Counted from the first letter of the stretch, positions 8,050 to 16,128 are shown. The stretch is 25,975 nt of DNA from Candidatus Sysuimicrobiota bacterium (GCA_040289515.1 PSLI01000029.1:1-25975); one strand, 5' to 3'. A program made the numbers and translations. The notes: generated from the letters alone by a model not told the origin.

Positions 8050-8399
8050 GTGAACGAGCGGGAGCGCGTGGGGCTCACGAGCCTGGTGGATTGCGCGGGT
8101 TGAGCCTGCAAACTGGGTCCGGAGGACCGGCCCAGCTGCTGGCGTGGCTGCGTCCACCCTGTGATCCTGCCCTTCTGGTGGGGGCAGCGATCGGGGAGGA
8201 CGCGCCCGGTGGGCCGGGAGCTTCACAGAGAAAGTGCGCCTGGTGGTGCGACGCTCAGGCCAGCGGCGGGCTTCTGGTGGCCGTGGCCCGGGACCTAGTG
8301 GGTGCGTTGAAGGGGGCGCTCGCAAGACGCGGGGTCGTGGCCGCGCAGGTGGCCGAGGTCCTGAGCCCAGGGCAGGGGCGCGCCCAGGTGGTACCGTGA
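8050..8399 (+). pseudogene. selD: Selenophosphate synthetase SelD (Sec-containing form), frameshifted and internally deleted
   Basis: GTG 8050 gives MNERERVGLTSLVDCAG-TGA(8101-8103)-ACKLGPED, the SelD active-site motif with Sec. A frameshift near 8128 leads to AQLLAWLRPPCDPALLVGAAIGEDA, which jumps to the C-terminal motif CDAQASGGLLVAV...QVVP-stop. Only 350 bp remain of a gene normally about 1 kb. Confidence 0.9.
8113..8135 (+). other. Bacterial SECIS-like hairpin downstream of the selD UGA
   Basis: CTGGGTCC-GGA-GGACCGGCCCAG: a GGTCC/GGACC stem with a G-starting apical loop 17 nt after the UGA. Confidence 0.55.
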
Positions 8400-8414
8400 A
8401 AGGGGGTGCGTACG

Positions 8415-9293
8415 ATGGGGTGGAGGCGTCCGTCACCTAAGGTACGTAGTTCCGTGCAGGTGGTGCGTCCGGACGGCTGGGAGCTGCGGACCGACTTTTT
8501 GGCCGCTGAGGAGCCCCTGGAAGTCCGGCTGGCGGCGGGACCTCACCGCAAGACGGTGGCGGTCACCATGCGGACCCCGGGGCACGACTTCGAGCTGGCG
8601 GCGGGTTTTTTGTTCAGCGAGGGAGTTGTGCAACGAAGGGAGGAGATCGCCCGCATCGCCTACTGCCCGCAGGAGGAGCTGCCGGAGGAGCAGCGGTACA
8701 ACCTGGTGACCGTACAGCTGCGCGGGCCGCGCCTGCCCGACCTGAAACCCCTGAAGCGCCACTTCACCACCACCAGCGCCTGCGGCGTGTGCGGGCGGGC
8801 CAGCGTCGAGGCCCTGCGCATGCGCGGGTGCGGGGTGCTTGAGGGCGGACCCACGGTGGACGCAGACGTGCTCCGGCAGCTGCCGGCCACGCTCCGGGAA
8901 GCCCAAGGCCTGTTCGCGCAGACGGGAGGCCTGCACGCGGCAGCCCTTTTTGACCCCCAGGGGCGACTGCTGAGCATCCGGGAGGACGTGGGCCGCCACA
9001 ACGCCATGGACAAGCTGGTAGGCTGGGCCTTCCTGGAGGGCAGGCTCCCCCTGCAGGACCACGTGGTGATGGTGAGCGGGCGGGCCAGCTTCGAGCTGGT
9101 GCAGAAGGCAGTGGCGGCCCGGGTGCCCGTGTTCTGCGCGGTGTCCGCGCCCAGCAGCCTCGCGGTGGAGGTGGCCCGGAGCTTCGGGGTCACCCTGGTG
9201 GGCTTCCTGCGGGGCGATCGGTTCAACGTGTATAGCGGCGTGGAGCGGGTCCGCCTGGCACCGGCGGTTTCGCAAGAGCTGCATGCCCCCTAA
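8415..9293 (+). CDS. fdhD: Formate dehydrogenase accessory sulfurtransferase FdhD
   Basis: EEPLEVRL, TMRTPGHDFELAAGFLFSEG, SACGVCG, TGGLHAAALF, REDVGRHNAMDKLVG, SGRASFELVQKA and VSAPSSLAV. ATG 8415 is preferred over GTG 8406. The frame appears intact. Confidence 0.95.
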   Translation: MGWRRPSPKVRSSVQVVRPDGWELRTDFLAAEEPLEVRLAAGPHRKTVAVTMRTPGHDFELAAGFLFSEGVVQRREEIARIAYCPQEELPEEQRYNLVTVQLRGPRLPDLKPLKRHFTTTSACGVCGRASVEALRMRGCGVLEGGPTVDADVLRQLPATLREAQGLFAQTGGLHAAALFDPQGRLLSIREDVGRHNAMDKLVGWAFLEGRLPLQDHVVMVSGRASFELVQKAVAARVPVFCAVSAPSSLAVEVARSFGVTLVGFLRGDRFNVYSGVERVRLAPAVSQELHAP

Positions 9294-10465
9294 CGGGTCC
9301 ACACACGCACTCCGACCGCCAGGAGGGCTGCCGCGGCCACGAGCCACGCGGAGTTAACCCGGAATCGCACCAGCATCCCAACAGCCCCCACAGCCAGGGA
9401 AACCGTGAAGGCGTCGGTGAGGGCGGTCTGTGCCAGCTGCACGGCGACCCCTGCCATGAGGGCGAGGGATGTCAGGTTCACCCCGTCCAGGATCGCGGAG
9501 GCCCACGGCGACCGGCGAAGTCGCGGGGCCAGGGGCTGCACGGCCGCTACGAACACGAAAGAAGGGAGGAAAATGCCCACGGTGGCCACCACGGCTCCCG
9601 CAGGGCCTGCCAACAAGTATCCCACGAAGGTGGCGGTGGTGAACAGGGGGCCGGGCGTGAACTGGCCCACCGCCACCGCGTCCAGCAACTGCCTGTCTGT
9701 CAGCCACCCCAGGCGCTCCACGAGGTCTCGGCGCAGGAACGCCAACAGCACGTAACCACTCCCGTACAGAACCGAGCCGATCTTGAGGAAGATGTCGAAC
9801 AGGCCCGCCAGGGACACCGGTGCCGCGGCCGCCTTCACTCCCAAGGACGCTGCAGGAGCTGCCACCAACCCGGGCAGAACCACACCGGACCCGGACCCCG
9901 GGCGCTGCAGGGCCGCGAACAGCGCCCCGCCCACAAACAGCAGCACCAGCTCGTGGACCCCTGCCAGGTACAGGGCGAACATGGAAGCCGCCCACACCAC
10001 CGCCAGGGGCGTGCGCACGGCCGTGCGGCCCAGCCCCAGCAGCGCGTGCACCACGATGGCCAGGACCACGGGCTTGATGCCGTACAAAAGCCAGTCCGCC
10101 TGGGGCGTAGACCCGTAGGCCACGTAGACGGATGCCAGGGCGCCCACCATCAGCGCCGCGGGCAGGATGAAACACACCCCCGCCACCAAAAACCCCCGCC
10201 AGCCCGCCCGCAGGTAACCCACCTGGATGGCCATCTCCGTGGAGTTGGGTCCGGGGATGAGGTTCGTGATGCCCAAAAGGTCCAGGAAGTGCTGGTCCGA
10301 CAGCCACCTCCGTCGCAGGACCACCTCCTCCCGCATCATGGCGATGTGGGCGGCAGGGCCTCCGAAGGCCACGGTCCCCAGCTTGAGGAACACCCTTGCC
10401 ACCTCCGCCAGGGAGCTGTCGGGGGACTCGGCAGATGTGGCGCCGGGCACCGGGAAGAACCTCAT
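9290..10465 (-). CDS. chrA: Chromate efflux transporter (long-chain CHR family)
   Basis: Two homologous halves: FLKLGTVAFGGPAAHIAMM...IPGPNSTEMA and FLKIGSVLYGSGYVL...GQFTPGPLFTTATFVGY. Confidence 0.93.
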   Translation of the reverse strand: MRFFPVPGATSAESPDSSLAEVARVFLKLGTVAFGGPAAHIAMMREEVVLRRRWLSDQHFLDLLGITNLIPGPNSTEMAIQVGYLRAGWRGFLVAGVCFILPAALMVGALASVYVAYGSTPQADWLLYGIKPVVLAIVVHALLGLGRTAVRTPLAVVWAASMFALYLAGVHELVLLFVGGALFAALQRPGSGSGVVLPGLVAAPAASLGVKAAAAPVSLAGLFDIFLKIGSVLYGSGYVLLAFLRRDLVERLGWLTDRQLLDAVAVGQFTPGPLFTTATFVGYLLAGPAGAVVATVGIFLPSFVFVAAVQPLAPRLRRSPWASAILDGVNLTSLALMAGVAVQLAQTALTDAFTVSLAVGAVGMLVRFRVNSAWLVAAAALLAVGVRVWTR

Positions 10466-10503
10466 GGACGGCGGGTTGTGCGGCAGGCCCCATGGGCCGT
10501 GCC

Positions 10504-10596
10504 TGGCGGAAGGCGATGGGAATCGAACCCTCCCCGCCCGGGCGGGGCAGCACCGGTTTTGAAGACGGAGAGGCTCGCCGGGACCCGTCGCCCTCC
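10504..10596 (-). tRNA. selC: tRNA-Sec (anticodon UCA), probably degenerating
   Basis: 93 nt. 8-bp acceptor stem GGAGGGCG/CGCCTTCC plus GCCA end, 6-bp D stem with a 4-nt loop, anticodon loop CTTCAAA (TCA at 10562-10560), long variable arm, and TTCGATT T-loop. There are mismatches in the D, anticodon and T stems. It lies directly after the selB remnant. Confidence 0.88.
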
Positions 10597-10598
10597 GT

Positions 10599-11398
10599 TC
10601 ATCTTTGATCCCGCACCAGCCTGGGACCTGCTACCCGCAGATCGCCCTGGCGGCGTGTAACGCCCACGGTGTCCAGGTACTCCAGGAGCCGCAGGACGTA
10701 GTTGCGGGAAGTGCCCAGGATGTCCCGCACCGCGGCCATGGCCACCGGACCGTGCTGCCGCGCCCGTGCCACAGCTTCCGTGGTTGCCTCCACCGCCCTG
10801 CGGCGGTAGAGCAGCCCCCGCAGCTCCACGGCCTCGCCCGCGTCCAGCAGCACCTGCGTGGCTACCTCCGCCATCGGAGCCAGGGCCTGTAGGCCCTCCG
10901 CGCGGCTGGGACCCTCCAGTCCCACCCGCTCCAGCCATCCCCGAAGCTGGTGCACCGCCCGGGTCTGCTCACTAGACAGGTGCGGTCAGTGGTCCGCAAG
11001 CCGCACGAACCCCTCCCCCTCCACCCCGTGAACAGCCAGCCGCGCCCGCAGCAAGTCCGCCGTCGGCTCCGCGACGCGTCGCAGAAAGGTGAGCCACTCT
11101 CCCTGCGGCATGTCGCGCCGCCACGGGCGTGCGCGGTGGTAGGCGGCCAAGCTGTCCGTGACCAGTGCCAGCCACTCCTCGTCCACCAGGTCGCGCTTGG
11201 TTCGAGCCACCAAGCCCCGCTGCACCCGCAAAAACCGCAGGATGTGCACCGTGCTCCCGGGTGTGGGGCATGACCCCTTCGTCGCTGGCCACCACCAGCA
11301 TCACCGCGTCGAACCCCGTCGCCCCCGCCAGCATGTTGCGGATCAAGGGTGCTCTTGCCGTGGTCCACGTGGCCCGCGGTTCCCACCACAACCGCGAC
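10599..11398 (-). pseudogene. selB: Selenocysteine-specific elongation factor SelB, fragmented
   Basis: [16 protein letters not shown], then a deletion/frameshift to [31 protein letters not shown], then a frameshift near 11250 to [30 protein letters not shown] large deletion leads to [14 protein letters not shown]...VRLADH, an in-frame TGA at 10988-10986, and the C-terminal winged helix VRDILGTSRNYVLRLLEYLDTVGVTRRQGDLR. Confidence 0.92.
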
Positions 11399-11399
11399 G

Positions 11400-11544
11400 T
11401 CAGCTGGGGACTGCGAGAACTCCGGCAACCGCCGCCTCCAGCACGGGGTCATCCTCGGCCGGTTACGGTGCCCCGCTCCCGCAGGGCCGCCAGAACCCTG
11501 TCCACCGAGGGCAACTACCGGAGGGCCTCCTCCACCCCGCTCAC
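11400..11544 (-). pseudogene. selA: L-seryl-tRNA(Sec) selenium transferase SelA, collapsed to its two termini
   Basis: GTG 11544 (GTGA overlap with the gltA stop) gives MSGVEEALR-TAG-LPSVDRVLAALRERG, the SelA N-terminal LRxLPSVD motif. This is joined to [24 protein letters not shown], resembling the SelA C-terminal (DLR)TV.PEED helix. It sits directly upstream of selB. Confidence 0.72.
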
Positions 11545-12866
11545 ACCGCCGCAGCCGCCTCCCGCTGCTCCAGAGGCACATAGTCCCGCACGTCGGGCCC
11601 GTCGTACACCTGCCGCGGCCGGCTGATTTTCTGCTCCGGGTCCTGCAGCATCTCCTCCCAGTGGGCCAGCCAGCCGGAGGTGCGGGGGATGGCGAACAGA
11701 ACCGGGAACATCTCCACGGGAAAGCCCATGGCCTGGTAGATGAGCCCGGAGTAGAAGTCCACGTTGGGGTACAGGCGGCGGGTCACGAAGTACTCGTCCT
11801 CCAGGGCAATGCGCTCCAGCTCCAGAGCCACCTCCAGAAGGGGGTTGACGCCCGTGACCTCGAACACCTGGTAGGCCACCTGCTTGATGATTCTGGCCCG
11901 CGGGTCGTAGTTCTTGTACACGCGGTGCCCGAAGCCCATGAGCAGCACCTCGCTCGACTTTACGCGCCGGATGTAGGCTCCCACCCGGTCCTTGCTTCCG
12001 ATCTCCTGCAGCATGCGCAGCACCTGCTCGTTGGCTCCACCGTGAAGGGGGCCGTACAGGGCCGCGGCCGCGCCCGCCACCGCGGAGTACGGGTCCACGT
12101 GGCTGCTCCCGATGCTGCGCATGACGTTGGTGCTGCAGTTCTGTTCGTGGTCCGCGTGGAGGATGAACAGCACGTCCATGGCCCGCTCCAGCACGGGGTT
12201 GGGCTTGTACTTCAGCTCGGTGGTTTTGAAGAGCATGTTGAGGAAGTTCCCCGTGTAGGAGAGGTCGTTGTCGGGGTACACGTACGGCAAACCCCGGCTG
12301 TGGCGGTACGCGAAGGCGGCGATGGTGGGCATCTTGGCGATGAGGCGCACGATCTGCCGGCGCCGCACGGCGGGGTCGTGGATGTTCTTGGCCTCCGGGT
12401 AGAAGGTGGACAGGGCACCTACGGTGCCGATGAGCATCCCCATGGGGTGGGCATCGTAGTGAAAGCCGTCCAGGAACTTCTTGATGGACTCGTGGAGGAA
12501 GGTGTGGTGCGTGATCTCGTACGTCCAGCTCTCCAGCTGGCCGCGGGTGGGCAGCTCCCCGTGGAGGAGCAGGTACGCTACCTCCAGGTAGGTGGCGCGT
12601 TCCGCCAGCTGCTCGATGGGGTAGCCGCGGTAACGCAGGATCCCCCGCTCCCCGTCGATGAAGGTAATGCGGCTGCGGGTGGAGGCGGTGTTGAGGAAGG
12701 CCGGGTCGTAGCTCATCAGGCCGAAGTCGTCCTCGTCCACTTTGATCTGCCGGAGGTCCGTGGCCCGGATGGCGGCGCCGTATTTGGGGTAGGTGCCATA
12801 GAAGATGGGGATCTCGTAGGTCCTGCCGGTGCGGTTGTCGATAATGGTCAAGGTGTCCCTGCCCAT
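11541..12866 (-). CDS. gltA: Citrate synthase
   Basis: YDPAFLNTA, ITFIDGERGILRYRGYPIEQL, ILHADHEQNCST, GPLHGGANE, LMGFGHRVYKNYDPRA, LYPNVDFYSG and ISRPRQVY. GGAGG Shine-Dalgarno. Confidence 0.97.
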   Translation of the reverse strand: MGRDTLTIIDNRTGRTYEIPIFYGTYPKYGAAIRATDLRQIKVDEDDFGLMSYDPAFLNTASTRSRITFIDGERGILRYRGYPIEQLAERATYLEVAYLLLHGELPTRGQLESWTYEITHHTFLHESIKKFLDGFHYDAHPMGMLIGTVGALSTFYPEAKNIHDPAVRRRQIVRLIAKMPTIAAFAYRHSRGLPYVYPDNDLSYTGNFLNMLFKTTELKYKPNPVLERAMDVLFILHADHEQNCSTNVMRSIGSSHVDPYSAVAGAAAALYGPLHGGANEQVLRMLQEIGSKDRVGAYIRRVKSSEVLLMGFGHRVYKNYDPRARIIKQVAYQVFEVTGVNPLLEVALELERIALEDEYFVTRRLYPNVDFYSGLIYQAMGFPVEMFPVLFAIPRTSGWLAHWEEMLQDPEQKISRPRQVYDGPDVRDYVPLEQREAAAAV

Positions 12867-12917
12867 GTCCTCCCGCTCCTCGCGCCTTGGTTGTCGGCCG
12901 GTGGCCGCACTTCCAGT

Positions 12918-14083
12918 TTACGGACTGCGGGCCCGCTGCGCAGCGGGTCCGCCCTGAGAACCGCCCAGAGCGGACGGGGCCGTGCACTCCGAAAGGTGTG
13001 CCGTCTCGGACCTGCTGGTCCCCACCAGCCGGTGCAGCCGGCGCAGGGCCTCCAGCCGTTCGGGCTGCCCCAGGCGCGCCCTGTGCAATGCGTCCTCCAG
13101 GACGACTACCGTGCAGTCGTAGGTGGTGCGGTCCAGGGGGGTACGGGTGGCCGTCCTTGCCCCCGTGGGCGAAGGCGTACCGCGCGGGGCCCCGCCAGCT
13201 GGGGGCAGCGCCCGCCAACAGCTCCGACAGCAGCGCCAGCGCCCGAAGGGTTTTGGCGCCGACCCCTGGCAGGGCCAGAAGGGCTTCGAAGTCCCGCACC
13301 TGCGCCTCGTAGGTGTGCAGCAGAACCCGTTCCAGTCCCGCCGGATCTAGGTCCGAGGCGAGCACATGGTGACGGCCAGGCAGGGTCAGGGCCCTGCGGA
13401 GTTCGGGTGCCAGCCGATGGGGCCGTTCCCGGGACAGGGCGGTGATGGCGCGTCGTGCCGCGTCGCTCTCCCGCGCTACCAGGTTCAGGGTGGGGCCCAT
13501 GCGGTCCCCGCACACCGCAGCGTGCGGCTCACACACGAAGTCCACCACCGCCTCCCTCCGCAGTGGCACCGGCGCGCGGTGCGGTCGGCCTCTCGCATGC
13601 CCTGCTGCACCACGGCCCAAGTGCCGCCGCGCGTCACGAAAAAGGCGTGGTGGTAGAGTTGGTAGCCGTCCTGTACCGCGTGGCTGTCCACCCTGGCCGC
13701 AAGCCGGCTCGCGTATACCAGGGGTGCGGGGCCCCAACGAACCCTTCCCCGAGCGTCTGTAGTTCCTGCGGGGTCTTCCGGGAGGCCCGCCCCTTTCCAC
13801 CTGCCACGGCCAGCCCCAGCTCCGTCTCCAGCCCGCGCAGTCCCTCCTTCAAGGCTGCGCACACGGTGGTGGTGAGCCCGCTGCTGTGCCAGTCGAAGCC
13901 CAGCACGCACCCGAAGGCCTGGAACCAAAACGGATCGCTGAGCCGGCGCAGCACCTCCTCGGGACCTGCATCCTCCACCAGGGCGCACACCACCGCCCGC
14001 GCCAGCCGTGCCATGCGCTGCAACAGCCAGCGCGGGGCGGAGCCTGCGTGCAGGGGGAGGACGGCGGTGCCGGTCCGCCGCAA
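12918..14083 (-). pseudogene. DUF763-family protein, frameshifted at least three times
   Basis: [23 protein letters not shown]...[33 protein letters not shown]...[11 protein letters not shown]. Shift near 13735 to [27 protein letters not shown]...WAVVQQGM. Shift near 13560 to [11 protein letters not shown]...DFEALLALPGVGAKTLRALAL...YAFAHGGKDGHPYP. Shift near 13140 to LDRTTYD...LEALRRL. Confidence 0.85.
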
Positions 14084-14085
14084 GC

Positions 14086-14648
14086 CTACCAACTGGCGGC
14101 CCCCCGCACCGTTCCCCTGGCCACCTGGCGGAGGGCGGGAGCCAGCACGAACAGCGCCAGCAGGGCGTTGGCCGCGCCCTTTAGGGCATTGAAGGGAACG
14201 ATGACCGGCATCAGCATCCCCGCCACCCGTTCCGGCGGCAGGCCGAACTGCAAATACAGGATCGCAAAGTTGGCGGGGATCATGACCAGCACCCGCGCGG
14301 CCACCCCCACCAGCGCCGCGCGCACCAGGCGCGCAGGAAAGGTTGCCCCGCCACCGTGGTAGACCCACGCGGTAGCAGCGGCGAAGGTGGCCGCCGCCAC
14401 GAAGTCCGCCAGGGGTCCGAAGGGCCCTCAAGCCCGGACAGCAGGTACAGCAGGTCCTTTACGAACACCACCGCCACCGCTGGGCCGGGCCCGTACAGGA
14501 TCCCCGCCAGCACGGCCACCGCGTCACCGGGGTCGTAGCGCAGGTATGGAGCCTGCGGTAGCACGGGGAACTGTACGGTGGCCATCAGCACGAAGGCACC
14601 CGCGGACAGCAGCCCCGGCACCGCCAGCTGCTGGGCCCTCACGTGCAC
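14086..14648 (-). pseudogene. ECF transporter S component (RibU-like), disrupted
   Basis: LLSAGAFVLMATVQFPVLPQAPYLRYDPGDAVAVLAGILYGP...VKDLLYLL, then a frameshift near 14438 and an in-frame TGA (14430-14428), then GPFGPLADFVAAATF...VMIPANF...[10 protein letters not shown]. Confidence 0.8.
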
Positions 14649-14683
14649 CCCCTGCCCGCTCTCCGCGGCGAAGGTCGCACGCT

Positions 14684-14935
14684 TCAGCTGCCGGTCAGGA
14701 CCTTGGCCGCCCGCTGCAACGCTCCCTCGAACTCCGCCAGGTGGTCGGGGAAGACCACCACCCGGCTACGCTCGTGTCCGGAGTCCGTTCTGCGGGACTC
14801 GCTGATCACCAGGTACCGGCCCCCGGATCTGGCCTCCCGGACGTCGAAGAAGTAGGTGCGGCCCCGGCCCTTCACCTGGGCGCTGAACAACCCCTGCCCC
14901 TTGCCGTCCTCGGCCCGGCGCTTCACGTCGGCCAT
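14684..14935 (-). CDS. PUR-family (DUF3276) single-stranded nucleic-acid-binding protein
   Basis: LFSAQVKGRGRTYFFDVREARSGGRYLVISESRR...ERSRVVVFPDHLAEF. AGGAGGT Shine-Dalgarno. Confidence 0.85.
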   Translation of the reverse strand: MADVKRRAEDGKGQGLFSAQVKGRGRTYFFDVREARSGGRYLVISESRRTDSGHERSRVVVFPDHLAEFEGALQRAAKVLTGS

Positions 14936-15002
14936 AACCCACCTCCTGCGAAAGGATTCACTGAGTGAACGACGGTGGCAGCCCGTTTGGACGAACGGCC
15001 GG

Positions 15003-16073
15003 CTAGCGACGGGCAGCAGCTTCCTTGTTGTTCCTCGTGGGGGCTTCCGCCACCACCGGGGCCTCGGGCAGCGCAGGCCGCCCGCGGCCCAGCCCCAGCT
15101 TCTCCCTCAGCTTTGCCTCGATCTCCGCGGCCAGCTCGGGGTTGCTCTCCAAGAACTCCCGGGCGTTGTCCCGGCCCTGGCCGATGCGCAGTTCCCCGTA
15201 GCTGAACCACGTGCCCACCTTTTGGATGAGGCCGTGGGCGGTGCCCACGTCCAGCAGGCTCGCGGCCTTGGAGATCCCGCGGCCGTAGTAGATCTCCACC
15301 TCCGCTTCCCGGAAGGGCGGGGCCAGCTTGTTCTTCACCACCTTGACCCGGGCCCGCATCCCCTTGATCTCCTCGCCGCTCTTGATGTGCTCCGTGCGGC
15401 GGATCTCCATGCGCACGGAGGCGTAGAACTTCAGAGCCCGGCCACCCGTGGTGACCTCGGGGTTGCCAAACATGACCCCCACCTTCTCCCGGATCTGGTT
15501 GATGAACACCACCACACACCGGGAGCGGTTGATGGCCCCCACCAGCTTGCGCAGGGCCTGGGACATGAGCCGGGCCTGCAGGCCCACGTGGGCGTCGCCC
15601 ATGTCCCCCTCCAGCTCCGCCCGGGGGACCAGGGCAGCCACGGAGTCCACCACGATCACATCCACCGCGCCTGAGCGCACCAGGGTCTCCGCAATCTCCA
15701 GGGCCTGCTCCCCGCTGTCGGGCTGCGAGATGAGCAGCTCGTCCAGATTGACGCCCAGGGCCTGCGCGTAGTTGGGATCAAGGGCGTGCTCGGCGTCGAT
15801 GAAGGCCGCCACGCCACCTTCCCGCTGGGCTTCCGCGATGATGTGGTAGCCGAGGGTGGTTTTCCCGGAAGATTCGGGCCCGTAGATCTCCACCACTCTG
15901 CCCCGGGGGACCCCGCCCACCCCCAGGGCCACGTCCAGGCTCAGAGCCCCGGTGGGGATCACATCCACCGCCAGCCGCTGGGACGCCTCTCCGAGCTTCA
16001 TGATGGAGCCCTTGCCGAACTGCCGCTCAATCTGGGCCAGGGCCAGCTCCAAAGCCTTCTGCCGTTCGTTCAT
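15003..16073 (-). CDS. recA: Recombinase RecA
   Basis: [68 protein letters not shown] and [12 protein letters not shown]. The start is set at ATG 16073 (GGGAGG Shine-Dalgarno). Confidence 0.99.
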   Translation of the reverse strand: MNERQKALELALAQIERQFGKGSIMKLGEASQRLAVDVIPTGALSLDVALGVGGVPRGRVVEIYGPESSGKTTLGYHIIAEAQREGGVAAFIDAEHALDPNYAQALGVNLDELLISQPDSGEQALEIAETLVRSGAVDVIVVDSVAALVPRAELEGDMGDAHVGLQARLMSQALRKLVGAINRSRCVVVFINQIREKVGVMFGNPEVTTGGRALKFYASVRMEIRRTEHIKSGEEIKGMRARVKVVKNKLAPPFREAEVEIYYGRGISKAASLLDVGTAHGLIQKVGTWFSYGELRIGQGRDNAREFLESNPELAAEIEAKLREKLGLGRGRPALPEAPVVAEAPTRNNKEAAARR

Positions 16074-16099
16074 GATCGCCTCCCCTGTATGTCGTAGCA

Positions 16100-16128
16100 A
16101 ACGTACCAAACAAACGTTTGCATGTCAA
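16100..16128 (-). promoter_or_regulatory. recA sigma70-type promoter with a LexA-like box in the spacer
   Basis: TTGACA (16128-16123)-17 bp-TACGTT (16105-16100) with an extended TG. The spacer holds the symmetric CAAAC-N4-GTTTG (16107-16120). Confidence 0.72.

Noticed and set aside
7500..10520. Genomic island integrated at selC
   Set aside because: No integrase, no duplicated tRNA 3' end found by eye, and no obvious compositional shift.
10986..10988. In-frame TGA in selB (and in ECF-S at 14430-14428) as Sec recoding
   Set aside because: These are not at Cys-equivalent positions, the genes carry other frameshifts or deletions, and CGA-to-TGA mutation explains them.
11515..13800. 761-aa minus-strand ORF as a real gene
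   Set aside because: It is a chance open frame stitching one DUF763 segment, an off-frame read of gltA and the first codons of the selA remnant.
7597..14648. All pseudogenes being sequencing error
   Set aside because: Lesions include large internal deletions and nonsense substitutions confined to particular genes, while interleaved and flanking genes are clean. Individual single-base indels still need read-level checking.
14649..14683. Riboswitch ahead of the ECF S component
   Set aside because: Only about 35 nt separate it from the upstream gene, and no FMN/TPP-like motifs are visible.
14957..14998. Short inverted repeats between recA and the PUR gene (TTCACT-G-AGTGAA; CCGTT-N6-AACGG)
   Set aside because: They are too short and lack a U-tract, so a terminator or operator call is not supported.
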